The position numbers and the translations under genes are program-made. Below the pieces are notes generated by a model. That model did no database searches, was not told where the DNA came from, and worked only from the letters and a program-made list of their open reading frames with translations. DNA of 64,000 nucleotides from Octopus vulgaris (taxonomy: Eukaryota): positions 59,582,001 through 59,646,000 of the forward strand of contig OX597822.1 in NCBI GenBank assembly GCA_951406725.2, written 5' to 3'. Position 1 is the first letter of the stretch. The number at the start of each line of letters is the position of its first letter. Below, piece by piece: positions 42,267-55,513 of the stretch.

Positions 42267-43811
42267 ATATATATTGTTCATCTAAGCAATTTGCTGTTGC
42301 AGACTCAATTTTTTGATATATGATTCTTGATAGACTTATATTAATATGTGGTCGTTGTATGCAATACTATAGATGGTGGTGACAAGTTCGTCGTATTGAA
42401 CGTGGTAAATTTAGTGAATAGATGATTATTTTCCGATAGGCAATATAGAACAGTATTTCTATTATAAACGGTAACTAGAAAAGTGATTAATAAATATATC
42501 TTACTCATGTAATGTTACGGACTGGATATGAGATCTAAATTGTTTATCAGCATACCAATAATAACGACGTGCGCCCTGGCTAAAAGTAATATATTCATTA
42601 ACCATGTGTTGAAGGATATTTAAAAAAAAATTATTGCATGGATCTGTATTTAAGATTATTTGTAGATCCATATCTGGTTTCAAGAAGAAATAATTATGTA
42701 ATTTATATAATCCCACGAGAACAATGCTCATGTTAAGTGTTAATTTAATTGTAAAATAGTTAAAATTCCTTTAACCCATTACTGCTGTTCAGCAGTAATT
42801 TGTGCGAGTACGTGTGTGTGCGCGAGCGCATGTGTGTGCATGCGTGCGCGCGCGCGTGTGTACGCGTATGCATGCGTGTGCGTGCGTGTGCATGTGTGTA
42901 TTTGATTATTTTGGTGTGTGTATCTTTTGGGGTGTGTGTGTGTATTACAAAATATTAAAAAATAAGATGGATTAGCACAAGACCTCATCGGTTATCTTTT
43001 AATAATTAATTCTACTCCGTTTTAATATTAGAAATTGATGTCCCAATGAACCTTGTGTTTTTATATGTTAACAAAGAATCTATGCGACTACAAACTAATT
43101 TATCTATTGTCTTTGTGGATGCACATAGATTCATATGAATTTACACACGCTACATTTTGCTTCTACATTCATGTGTTATCATTATTAGTAGCCAAATTTT
43201 GATTTTCAATTATGGGATAAAAATAACTAAAGAAAACTCTTGGCAGCTAAGGCTGTTAGATCATAAACTCTCGTACACACACTCACTCACATACACACAC
43301 ACACACGTACACACACACACTCACACACACACACACACACACACACACGTAAGAAAAAGAAAAATCAAACAAACGTGAGGTCATAGCACAAGCAATGTAT
43401 TAATATGACACTCGGAGAAAGAAGAAAGTTGTTGTTTTACACTTCGAGCATAGTTCTTTAGCGGGAGCAGGAAAAACAGGAAAGGCCAAAAGGAAAGAAA
43501 GAAGAATAAGGCAAAAATCGCCAAATGTCCACGTGCGGTTACATTTCTGATGCATATATGTATACTTGTCTCCCGTGTGTTTACGTATTTTTCACTCGTT
43601 GGTGATGTCCTGTACTTAATGTATACACATACATATGATATCTGACCAACAGTAAAAACAGGCTCTAATGAAACTGCACCGATAATTAACACCAAGAAGC
43701 ACACTTTACAGTGTGCACCAGCTCGTAGTGGAAACGTGCGTAGGGTCTGACAAAGTTAGATATGATTAACTGCATAGAAATCTTGGATGAGTAAATCTCT
43801 GTTCTTCTGAC

Positions 43812-43888
<77 letters not shown>

Positions 43889-43900
43889 TATATATATAAG

Positions 43901-44121
43901 TTTCCCAGATGATGCAGCCTTGATTTCTGAAGTCACGTCGTGGTTGGAGGACCAAGCTGGGGTCTTCTACAAAAACGGTCTTCAGAGCTGTATCAAACGA
44001 TGGGAGAAATGCATAACTCTGGGTAGTTCCTATGTAGGAAAAGACTAATAACTGTGCCAAGTGTCGTTGCTCTACTGCTATGGGAAGTGGGTCAGGGGCA
44101 TTACTTATTGAACGCCCCTCG
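43901..44121 (+). mobile_element. 3' fragment of a mariner
   Basis: FPDDAALISEVTSWLEDQ..FYKNGLQSCIKRWEKCI. Right end TTATTGAACGCCCCTCG|TA. Confidence 0.8.
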
Positions 44122-45199
44122 TAAATCATCACTCTCCACAGACAACTCGGTGCACAAACTGCACTCAGTACTTCCACGAAACAAGTTGCATAATCCAAGG
44201 CTCTGGCAACAGCTTAAACAACCAGCCAACCCAATTTTAACTTACTTATCAAATGTACAAGGTATGAACACATTTCTGAACACTCAAAAAACGGGAGATT
44301 CTGTTTATAGAGAGTTGGAAATGCTTAACTGACAGACTGCATAATTTTCTTTATCTTAAGTTAGACCGACGTAAGCAATTCCTATCAATCAGAAACTTCA
44401 CCATCATTCACACGGATTGTGCTGGTCGAAATAAAGAAAAAAAACTATAATTTTACTCCATAATTCCTTTGCAAAAGCTGCAAAGAATATATTGTGTTTT
44501 TATATACTATAGAGCCAATGACTTAACAATACTTGGTTTCTATAGGCCTCCCCAAGCATTTCTGGTGTGTTTCTGAGAGTCGTGGCAAAGGTAATTCCTT
44601 TATTTTAAAACACAGTGCTGGAAACATTAGTGATGAATCACCTCAGCTTTATCTGTGTGGGATGGCCTATAAATATTTTGAAACCAAGGAATGGTACCTC
44701 AATCCTTAACAAAATAATTGTAGAGTTGCTGTTTAAGAATGCATTTTTTTCTTTCTGAACTCGTATTTGAGCCAACGAAAGACAACAAAAGAACCTGGGA
44801 CTAAATATTAATAACTGTAGCCCAATTCACAACATTTCAATTGAGAAATCCATCCTCTCTGACGACGACAAGGTACTCTGCAATCTACAAAAACCAAAAC
44901 AATATTTGCAATATACAATATACAAAGTATATTTGCCATATACAAAAACCAAAATAACCACACTCACTCGAGCTATCCCGTTTGATATCATTAATCTGTA
45001 CAAAGCTGACTGGGGCTGAATTAGGCCTGATCTATTGCTTATTTGCACTTCCCTTCAAAGTAAAGCAGCTTGGTAGGTGTTGGGGTACATAAGGCCTCAA
45101 CAAATGATCAAAACACACTTTAACAAACATGTAAGCAAAAATAGCCTAAGCTTTCAAGAAAGGAAAATCAAAAGATTAATTGTAACTTTTTTCCTTCTG

Positions 45200-46000
45200 T
45201 ACATCAATGGTCGACTTGCCGTAACACCCAAAAAGCATCTGTAACAGCTCTTCATTCTAACATAACTTTTCCAGCCATGCACCAACCACACACAGCCTAC
45301 ACACGACACACCAACCTTCACTGACTGTCTAATCGGAAACATTTTTGAGAATTCTTCAGTGACGTCATGCCAGCTTTGTCTCAATTACGAGCAAAAATTC
45401 AAAAAAGAAAAACTCGAGCACTACTTATCTCAAGATAATATCACTTCACCATACTACTCTTATCATAAACGACATTCTATCAGAGGTCTCACAGTCGCTC
45501 CAAAAACTAGATCTCATTATCATTGATCTCATTATCTCTCCCGGCAAAGGCATATTCTTAGCATAGATAATGGCGAACCCCAAGGAGTGACTAGCTTTTC
45601 ACTGACAGAAAAACATTTTAGACCCCAACTGCTCTTGACATCCTACTGCTAAACTCACAAACACTCTAGACAGCATCCAAAAACTAAGCCACTGATTAGC
45701 ATTCAATCACTATAAGACACGCTCCACACGTGCAATGTCCTCTCTATGTGTTTTCTATCACTACTGTAATGGTCTCTGTTTTGTCAGAGAAGGCTGCTCT
45801 CGTAAATCCATCACTCAACAACCTTGACCCACTTGTCTCTCAACCTCTTGCCTTCCTAGTTGCGTCCAACCCCACCTAAACTGCAATAACTACCGTGGCT
45901 ACCTCTTCCTCCTTAGAACATTTACTCACGGAAATACTGTTCCTGTACTTGTATTTCCTGCGAGTGTTGACCTCTAAAAATTTAAACGGGACATTTGCAG
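45200..46000 (+). mobile_element. Decayed CR1/L2-like LINE 3' region
   Basis: C-terminal remnant RTFTHGNTVPVLVFPASVDL*KFKRDI resembles the SFFPRT..WN.LP..VFP...L..FK motif. Confidence 0.45.
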
Positions 46001-47325
46001 GCCCCTGGGAAAGTTCAAGGTTATTGCTTCTTCCTACAAACTCAGCAAGTAATGTGTGTGTTTGTCTATTTGTATTATATATATATGCATATATGTATAT
46101 GCAAATGTGTGTGTATATATATGTGGATATATATATGTATACATTATATATATTTATACACACACTCATATATATTCATATATATATATATATATATCAC
46201 TCCATACATACATAAGTACAAACATAAATGTACGTATACACGTGATGCGTTTAATATACATTTCTATATTACATTGACAACAAACTTAAGTGATATTCCA
46301 GTTACATATAATAAATTAAAATTCCCGGTGAATGTATTCTAGAAAAGTGAAACATTAGAAATACATCGGGATTATGACATTGCAAATCTGAATGTGACAG
46401 ATTGGGAATCAATTTAAGTGACAGGCTCAGATTTAATGCGTGTGAATTATACGACACGATTCTACCTTGGTAAAACTCAATTTTTCAAAATGGATATTGT
46501 GATAATGTGTCACATAGTAGTACACCCTATTCATCACAGTTACTCATAAAGATATATAATATTGGTTTCTCAATTTGCAATGTTAGCATTTCATTAACCA
46601 ATGGCAATCTCTCTTTTCATTTGTTTTCGTTTGCCGTTCTTTAGCATTCTAATTTAGCAACGCGAGCGCATATATATGTGTATGCATGAATGTATATGTA
46701 AAACATATACGTGTATATACATATAAAGTGGATGTACATGACTTAGTGGTTAGTTGTGGAACTCACGATCGTAAGATTGCAGTTTCGATTGCTGGATCGA
46801 GCGATGCGTTGTGTTCTTGAGTAAAACACTTCATTTCATATAGCTCCAGTCCACTCGGATTGTAAAAATGAGTAACCCTGCGATGGACCGGTGTCCCGTC
46901 CAGGGACGAATACATACAATAGAAAAATCGGGAAAGTGGGAATATGGTCCTAACAGAATAATATAGATTGGCCAACAATATACATATAATATACATGTGT
47001 GTATAGATGCAAGTATGGACGAGTGGTTAAGAATGGCGAAGAAGATTTTAACACGATTTTGGTTCGATTCTAAGTTGTGATCGAGCTTCGGGTCTATCCA
47101 AGCCTTGTGGATGGCATTAGGTGGGGGAGAATCTGTGAGTAAACCTCATTGAACTTGTAGTGCAAAGATCCCGCATTGTCGTCCAGCGCCGTCACACTAA
47201 TTTGGCTTGCGAATAACGTTATGGGTACACATGGATGTGGAATACTCGGTCACTTACAGTTTATTTAATGAACCAGTTGGTTGAACAGCCGAATTCTTAT
47301 CGCTGTAAACAAAGGAAGACCGACC

Positions 47326-47326
<1 letters not shown>

Positions 47327-47415
<89 letters not shown>

Positions 47416-47425
47416 TGATGATGAT
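47327..47425. repeat. (AAT)n microsatellite
   Basis: Directly visible. Abuts a minus-strand SINE A tail-2 fragment at 47440-47525. Confidence 0.95.
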
Positions 47426-47589
47426 CATTTCTTCGATAGGCACAAGGCCTGAAATCTTGGGCAAGGGGATTGTCGACTAATCGACCCCGGACCTCAATCG
47501 GTACATATTTTATCGACCCCAAAAGGGGCAATCGAATTAACCAAAGTGTACCAAAGTGAGCGACAGCTCATTTTTTCTCTCCGACAGAT

Positions 47590-49450
47590 ATGGCTTTCTT
47601 CAACGTTATGTAAATGAATGTGTACGGTCTTGGATCAACTTGGCAGCAAAGTAACTTACTTAGCACCTCAGGTCGCTAGACATAGATGTAGTAGCCATTA
47701 ACGAGACTATGATCTCTGGAGTACAAGCACTCTCGTCTCGTCATCTCTCGAGGTAGGGTGGTAGGGAGGCAGTGTTACTCCAAGATCTTCAGATTTCGAG
47801 GTTGTACGAATCATACTGGATTTAGAGGGAAAGTTCGTGGTCCAGGACATGAAATTCAGAAAGGTGATGCCTTCAGGCCAGTGGCCATCTATGTCTCAAT
47901 AGGGATAGGACGGCCTTGTTTCTTCAGACATCAAAAAGCTTTCCTGGGAACGATCCGATCTTTAACGCAAGTAACGAATTGGAACGACATTCTAGATGCA
48001 CAGTAGGATTTTGTGGTGTTTCGTAAAGGAGGGAAGAATGTAAAAGCTCTGAAAACCTAACAAATACCGACTGGTGTGAACACAGAGCAACTATTATGAG
48101 TCTTTCAGATAGTATCTAAATATAGTTTTTGTTAGGCTAACGGGTGGTGTTGGCTGTCCAATCTTTAAACTAGTCGGTTACACAGACTACAAATTTGTGG
48201 GATGTATCATCAACTTAGATAGGTCTCATTGACATAGACCTGCTTATAGAGTTGAATGCATCTTTACCGGCGTGCAAAGACTTACAAGGAGAAAATTAGT
48301 GAATTAGTTTGGCGGTTGTTGACGGAAGCAATCGACAACAACCGGTGTTGAAGTGTTCGAAGGAGAGCAATTTTTCCAGAATCGACAGCATTTAGCAAAG
48401 TGCTAGCGATAGATTGGAAAAGAAGTTAGCAAATTAGAAGTCGTTATTAGCAAAGGTATCGCGACCGATACTAGCGGTGAGAATGGCACTTTACCATTTT
48501 TTCAACGTGAAATACAAAGTCTGCGTAGTTAGAACTCTTGCGCTAAAATACAAGGAAGTAAAACTGTTCGAAGAGCTCGAGCAGAAATGGCACAACGTGA
48601 CTTCAAAGCCCCAAATTCAGGGATGGATTTTGACGGCTGGGTGCTGCTCGATTCCGAACAAATGTGTGTAGCTTTTGAGCAGCATTTTTGCTTGACTGTT
48701 CAGAGCGGGCGAGCGTTTGCTGACAGTAGCAGAATTTTCGACCTTCTTCGACGGCCTACCGCCGCTCTTGATGAAGATGAATTTTACCGAAAATTTGTTA
48801 ACATTTGCACGAGCAGCAACTCGCCCTGTTTGAATAATATATCCAATGAATTCTAAGAATTCATGTGAAACTTGCTTGGCGACCTTTTGGCGTATGTCTA
48901 CCACAAGTGACGGAAAAATGTCCAATACTGCAAGCCGGAGAGCAGTAACACTGCTGAAAGAGGATATTGAGAAAGGGAACGTAAAAGACAACTTCCAGTC
49001 CACAATTCTGATAAACTTGGATTTTAAGATTTTGGTCAAGATATTATCGAAGAGGATAATGCTTGTCATATGTGGTCTGGTTGAGAAAGCTTAAACATCA
49101 TTTTATCTCATGCGGTATATCATAAAAAGGATTGGAAATGAAGATGGTTTTGGTGGCGATCTGATGAATTTCAATGAATTAAAAGAATCCGATTGGGTTG
49201 TCACCCGTTATCTGACAACTGTGGAATGAGCGATCGGGTTCGGCCCATTTTCAGAGGCTGGATCGCTGCAATGCTCAGTGGTATCTATTCTGCGGTCATA
49301 GCAAACGGTTTCCTCTTGTGACCGTTTTACACTTCATTTTTAGTCGATCGAGTATGTCCACTTCCTCCTCTTCTTTACGTGCTGGCTATCGAGTAATTGT
49401 TGCGAAAGTTGGAGCTTTTTAGAAGCGTCTTTATGAACTGGAAGGAAGGA
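47590..49450 (+). mobile_element. Decayed L1/Tx1-like LINE ORF2 (APE plus RT)
   Basis: MNVYGLG..DIDVVAINET (APE start). VTLLKE..NFQSTILINLDFKILVKILSKRI (RT). CPLPPLLYVLAIE. Confidence 0.75.
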
Positions 49451-50856
49451 GGCCTGTGTCCGATATATGTCGCTGTCATGCTGTCGGAAATCGCGCTGGC
49501 ATCATTCTGATGGTACGAAAAGGAGTCAAAGGTAAATGTCACCATAGTCAAGCTGATGCGCTTGCAGCTCGGTGCGTTATTTCTTCGGTTCTTTACATGC
49601 CTAGTTCAAATCCTGTCGAAATCAGCATTGCTTTTCATTCTTCTGGAGTTGACGAAATAAACAACCAATCAAGTACTGGGGTCGATGGTACCAACCAATC
49701 CTCTTCCTATAAGCCTTTTGACTAAATAATTATTTAAAATTTATTCGTAAGGGTGGTGAAATGGAGGATCCTTATATCGGCGAAAAATGCCTTGTAACAT
49801 TCATTTCTGCTCTGTACGTTCTGCGTTCAAATCCCGCTGAATCCTACTTTGATAACATAAAATTCCTGTCATATATGACTACTCCTTTGCTTCAAATTTC
49901 TGGTTCTGTACATCTATTACCATCGATTGTCATTATTATTGTTTTTTCAAGATAGTAAGGAGAAAGAATGTTGCTGTGATTATGTTGATGAGAAATAAGT
50001 TTTGCTGATTAAAATGATCGACATAATTTATTGAATGACTGGACAGGACTGTTGATGGATTTCGGCGTATAAAGAAACTTATAAATCATGCAGTTTGGTT
50101 CAGTTACTGTTATTATACGAGCTTTTGTTTCTTTATTGCGAACTCTGTATACATGGTATGGTGAAATCTTTGCAAACTTCAACAGCAAATTATTTGCTTT
50201 CTTTGACGAAAGAATCACAGTAGCCCACCTTTTTTGTAACCGGTAACCAAGGTGTCGTTGGAGACGTTCTAAAATTCAAAATAATGTCTGATGTGGTTCT
50301 TTATGGTTAGCAAATGTTAAGAATGTTAGAGGTTCATTCCTAACAGAATAAATTATTTTGTAATACAGCGAGCTGGCAGAGTCCTTAGTACACGGGATAA
50401 CATTTTTTAGCGGCATTTCTTGCACCTCTCTATATTTTGAGTTCAAATCCCATGAAAGTCAACCTTTCAACCATCGGGATTAAGGGTTGAAAGGGAAACT
50501 TCAGTCAAGAACTGAAATGGTTGTAATCACCTCAGAAATCGTTGCTCCAAATCTCTGCGTTTCGTTCAGAGGAATGTTATGATCTCGGTCACTTATACAT
50601 CATACAAACTGCGTAGCCGGCCTTATTAGTCCTAGGGCTTGAGGAAAGAAAATATCATGTAAGTACACAAATAATCCATTTCATTTCAATTTATATAATT
50701 TATAAGTTTAAAAAATTATCATTTCTTGTTTTATAATCTATTGTTGCGGTACAAAAATAAAATAAAAACTACTAATTCTGATCACTTTGCGACAAAGCGT
50801 TTTAGATAATATTATTACCCGGCTGACAACGATTAGCAGATTATACAAACACTATT

Positions 50857-51000
50857 CTGAGTTTGTATTCTGCCGAGGTCGACTTTGCCATTCATCCTTT
50901 CGGGAGTCGATAAATTAAGTACCAGTTGCGTGCTGGTGTCGATCTAATCGACTGGTCCCCTCCCCCAAAATTTCGGGGCTTGTGCCTAAAATAGAAAATA
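50857..51000 (+). mobile_element. SINE family A, tail type 2, 5'-truncated
   Basis: Core plus CCCCAAAATTTCGGGGCTTGTGCC tail. Further diverged copies at ~20830-21000, 49560-49720 and 50368-50530. Confidence 0.75.
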
Positions 51001-52647
51001 ATATTTTGGGTATGTTAAAGACACATAACTTTTGATGATAATAACCAATTAATAACATTATATGTGATTGTAATATGCGACTTTCACTAGATTATCAGTA
51101 TTACCTATGTTATCAATATTATTAAGATGAGAAACGATGTCAATCATATTTGCATGTGACTGTAGAGATGCGAAGAACTCTGATCAACACCGACAGCCCA
51201 AAACTGTCACTCCTTCAAATTAAATCCTACACGCTCAAACAAGATAAGTCACATTGAGTAATGTAATCCTAGATAAATGATCTCTGATAAAAGATGGGGC
51301 GAACACTACGATTGTAAGTCTACTCAATAAGAGCAAACCCGACGCAATAAGTAAAACTTATTGACATGTTACGGGTAAAGGGGAACCACTCTACCCAAGG
51401 GAGATAACTTTTATTAAACATGGGTCTCTAAGTTGACAATTCAAATGATCGTTGTTACTATAGATAGACGATAGCCACTTTCGTTAGGTCTCTTTCCTTT
51501 TCTCTGTTATAGACACGCGTGCCTTCTATATATATATATATACGTTACGGTCTTGCTTTAAGCTGAGATGTTTCGTCAAGCTGTTACAATATTCTATTCA
51601 ATAGACAAATACATTTAAAATTTCAAATAATATAATAATTGTATTCTTTTGCCTTATATTTGTTTCAGTCTCCGGCCATTCTGGGGCACCACCTTGAAGA
51701 ATTTTTAGTCGAATGAATAGACACTATATACTTAGGTTTTATTATTTTAAAACCTGGTATTTATTCTATCGGTTTTTTTTTTTGCCGAACTGCTTATTTA
51801 CGGGGATATAAACACACAAGCTCACAAGCACACACAGATCAATACATACATACATACATACATACATACATACATACATACATACATACATACATACATA
51901 CATACATACATACATACATACATACATACATACTGACTGACTGACTGACTGCAAGGAGATATTTTCTGACGAGAATGATAGTTAAATAACTATAAGACAT
52001 GTTTTCAAGTTTACATTTATAATGAGAAACTTTACAAAACATTCACTAGCGCAAGTGTGACTGTGTGATAAAAAGCTTGCTTTCCAATCACATGGCTGCG
52101 GGTTCAGTCCCACTGCGTAGCATCTTAATCAAGTGTCCCTACCAAGTTCTTGCGTGTAGATTTGGTAAACAGAAACTGGAAGAAGCTCGTCGTATATGTA
52201 TATTTGTTTTGTTTTGTCTTGTTTTTTTAACCTATAAAATAGAAATACTTTGAAAATAGAAAATCTGGGTCTGCAATTTTTTGAAATAAAGACATTGGCA
52301 TGTTTTTTAAAGGAGAAAATGATTTGGGTTAATACATATGCATTTTAAATGTGAAAGATATATATTTATATGCCAAACGAAATATATTTATACATTTTAA
52401 ATGCAAACGGTTAGTATTTGTATAGAAACACCTGTGTAACTAACGCAGAGACACATACAGAAAACATTTGCGAAAACATTTGCAAATACATTGATAATCT
52501 GTCCCCTTATTTCTCTTGAGAGGAACACTTTTATTTCCTGCAGTGAGACGAAAATTTGGGGAAGGATTTGAAGTTGGTAATCTGAAATCAGATTACCAAC
52601 CCTGCGAGTGATGAATTTTTATAGACGGAGACGTGTGGAAGCCCATC

Positions 52648-52702
<55 letters not shown>

Positions 52703-52707
<5 letters not shown>

Positions 52708-53271
52708 GTAAAAAGTGAAAAAACTACAGAAGGCTTGTTTTAAAAGGTTAAAAAATATATTTGAGTCATTATGTCAGAAGAATGTTATAAAATTTTTTCA
52801 TAGTGACATAGTTTTTGAAGAAATTACCGGTTTCGTGTTAACTTTTCAAATTTCTCAAAACATCGTGTTGTGACTTCGTTATGAAGTGTAAAAAAGAGTT
52901 CCAGGTAAGGGGAGGTAATAAGTGATTTCTTCCGGTGTAAGGGAGATAATCGCTTTATATTTCTTGCCTCTTTTACTTAATGGGGTGAGTTTCTCTGTAT
53001 AAGAATGTTAGAGTGGTTAAGTTTGGGCTTATATTTTTCAATGAAGAATGTTTCCTTGTTTAGTCTAATTTGTGTTGGTGTTCCAATAGCACATTGATAA
53101 AATGGAAAGATCAAAAATTGTGGTAGTAGTTGTTTTGCGCATTTCTCAATATGCTCACTAAAGGGTATCATTCTATATTCTGGGAATGCAATCTGTTGTC
53201 GATGCAGTGTGCATCTACGTCTGAGTGATAGTCCCATGGACTCCACGTAGTTTTGGTGGCTAGTTTTCTCA

Positions 53272-53273
<2 letters not shown>
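52703..53273 (-). mobile_element. 5'-truncated Penelope-like element (GIY-YIG C-terminal half plus pLTR)
   Basis: NYVESMGLSLRRRCTLHRQQI..SEHI..RLNKETFFIEKYKPKLN. Short inverted tail TAGTTTTCTCACC at the truncation. Flanked by (TA)n. Confidence 0.8.
52820..52854 (-). ncRNA. Degenerate hammerhead motif
   Basis: GAAAU UUGAAAA GU-UAAC-AC GAAAC CG GUA AUUUC. Stem I and palindromic ACCGGU stem III are intact, with two core substitutions. Confidence 0.5.
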
Positions 53274-53312
<39 letters not shown>

Positions 53313-53426
53313 ATATTTCGGAATGGTCATATTGCCAGTTTAGCCAATAAAAACACACGCACTATATATTTGGTGTTATTTTGCTTCAGTGATATTTATT
53401 TTTTACATTAATCTTAATCTTATTTC

Positions 53427-53471
53427 GGCCAAAGTTCTTTCGTCACACTCCTGTGACCGCATCAGTGGTCC
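53427..53471 (-). ncRNA. Hammerhead-like motif (variant)
   Basis: GGACCA CUGAUGC G GUCAC-AGGAGU-GUGAC GAAAG AA CUU UGGCC. A9 is replaced by C and stem I is bulged. Confidence 0.45.
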
Positions 53472-54015
53472 TTTGTTTTCTTCTCACTTACTTGTGTCTC
53501 TCCTTACTAACCGTCAGCCATTTTGTATTTCTATTGTATGTCTTCATTTGCACATGCTTATATCTCTATGTGCGTCTATGTTTATTTAGTGTGTGTGTGG
53601 GGGATGCCTGTAATATTTGTATCTTCTGGTTATATACATTCTTGTAATTTGTATTTTGTTTTTGTTGTTGTTGCTTTTGTTCTAATTTTGTTCATGTGTT
53701 TACATCCACCCATTATTATCATTACATATGCTTGTATGTATGTATAACAACAATATTAGTAATAATAATAATAAATCTAATCGAGAAAAAAAAAAAAGAA
53801 TATACATATACATATATATATATATACATACATATACATATACATATTATATATATACATACATATACATATACATATATATATATATATACATATATAC
53901 ACACATATATACACATATACATATACATATATATACACATATACATATATATAGATATTCATTTCTATTTCTTTAATTACCTGTGTATTTATTATGTTTG
54001 CAGGATCCACTATTG

Positions 54016-55308
54016 TCATATGTTGTGGTGTGCGCTATTGCTCCATTCTAGTTTTCTATTCAGGCTAGGTTTATTTTCTATTATATGTGTAGCTTCTGTA
54101 ATTTGTCTAATTGTTGCATCTGTTCTATGTGTGGACAATATCTTAATCTCTATGTTATTGATTGATCCCCCGTGTTCTTGTTCGGCGTGTTGGTACAGAA
54201 TCGATGAGCTTTTACCTTCCTTGAGTTGTCTCCAATGTTCATTCACCCGCTCACCAATGCTTCTTGCAGTTTCCCCTACGTATGTTACTGTCTTGTTACT
54301 GCATCGTCCCTCTAGACATCTTATACTATAGACCACATTTCTGGCTTTACAGTTCGTTTGTGGGCTAAATCTACATACAGTGCAATAGTTTTCCGTACAT
54401 AGAGTTCTACTAAAAGGATAGGTTCTACCAATTATAGATCTGATAGGGTTGCCTGGCTTTTCAACAACCTTAATTCTTAGTTTAAGTTTATCTAGGGTCC
54501 TTCTAAAGCGGTACGCTAGTTCACCTCCAGGGGTGGTGTCAACGAACATGACACTCTGGTATTTATGGCTATCATACCAAGAGTTGGCCTTCCTTATTTT
54601 CTTTTTTGTCCTTTCTATAGTATTCCATGACTTGTTCCTATATAGTGGGCAAATCCCATTCCTATCATTACATAATATATTATCAAATTTCTTCATGGCT
54701 CCTTTGTATACTCTGATCCTTTCTTTATGGCTGTAACCTGAGAACTGCATGAATGAAATACTGTGTCTCTTTAATTCTGTAGGCTCGCACATGCGTGACA
54801 CATTTCTCATTATTCTGACGAGGTCTGCCATCAAAATATTGAATTTGGCATTGCCCGCAATGGCTGAGTTCCGGTGGATCAGGTATTTTGAGGCCATAGG
54901 TTTTGCATAGTATGAATGAAGGATTTGGGTTTTATTTTTCACAATTTCTAGCCAGAGTTCAGTGTCTAGTACTGGTAGTCTATGGTTGGGGTGTTTAGTG
55001 GGGTAGTCTATTGTGACCTTAATACTCTGGTGGATGGAGTTAGCTATTTGCTGGATGCTCTCCATAGTATTAGTTTCTATTACTATATCAACAGTACTCT
55101 CTTGTGGGGGTGCCTTTACTACTATATTGATATCATCAACATAGCGAGAGTACATGTTTACGAGTATGGATTTCTGCAGTAGGCATTCTTTAAGCCTTCT
55201 GTCCCACCATACCATGAAGAGGTTGGCCACATCACCAGCGATACTAACACCGATGGCTGCCCCCTCGTCCTGGGCATATATTTTATTATTAAATTTAAAT
55301 GTGTGGCC
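54016..55308 (-). CDS. Penelope-like RT (C-terminal part) plus GIY-YIG endonuclease, open but 5'-truncated
   Basis: IYAQDEGAAIG, RYVDDI, LPVLDT, Cys-rich linker, NVVYSIRC..YVGETARSIGERVNEH..EATHI..PSLN. Confidence 0.9.
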   Translation of the reverse strand, partial: GHTFKFNNKIYAQDEGAAIGVSIAGDVANLFMVWWDRRLKECLLQKSILVNMYSRYVDDINIVVKAPPQESTVDIVIETNTMESIQQIANSIHQSIKVTIDYPTKHPNHRLPVLDTELWLEIVKNKTQILHSYYAKPMASKYLIHRNSAIAGNAKFNILMADLVRIMRNVSRMCEPTELKRHSISFMQFSGYSHKERIRVYKGAMKKFDNILCNDRNGICPLYRNKSWNTIERTKKKIRKANSWYDSHKYQSVMFVDTTPGGELAYRFRRTLDKLKLRIKVVEKPGNPIRSIIGRTYPFSRTLCTENYCTVCRFSPQTNCKARNVVYSIRCLEGRCSNKTVTYVGETARSIGERVNEHWRQLKEGKSSSILYQHAEQEHGGSINNIEIKILSTHRTDATIRQITEATHIIENKPSLNRKLEWSNSAHHNI

Positions 55309-55409
55309 TTTTATTGGCTAAACTGGCAATATGACCATTCCGAAATATAACAATATCTGTTTCAACACACGACTTCACATAAAAAATCTTGCACAACAAA
55401 TATTTAAAC

Positions 55410-55464
<55 letters not shown>

Positions 55465-55475
55465 TAGTTTTCTCA

Positions 55476-55508
<33 letters not shown>

Positions 55509-55513
<5 letters not shown>

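Larger units (their letters stand above)
53306..55410 (-). mobile_element. 5'-truncated Penelope-like element with inverted pLTR tail
   Basis: 47-bp inverted repeat 53306-53352 / 55309-55355 bracketing the ORF. (TA)n flanks. Confidence 0.88.

Noticed and set aside
54016-55308. Possible Naiad/Chlamys-type or selenoprotein-encoding PLE
   Set aside because: The endonuclease is C-terminal, not N-terminal, and there is no in-frame TGA in the visible ORF.
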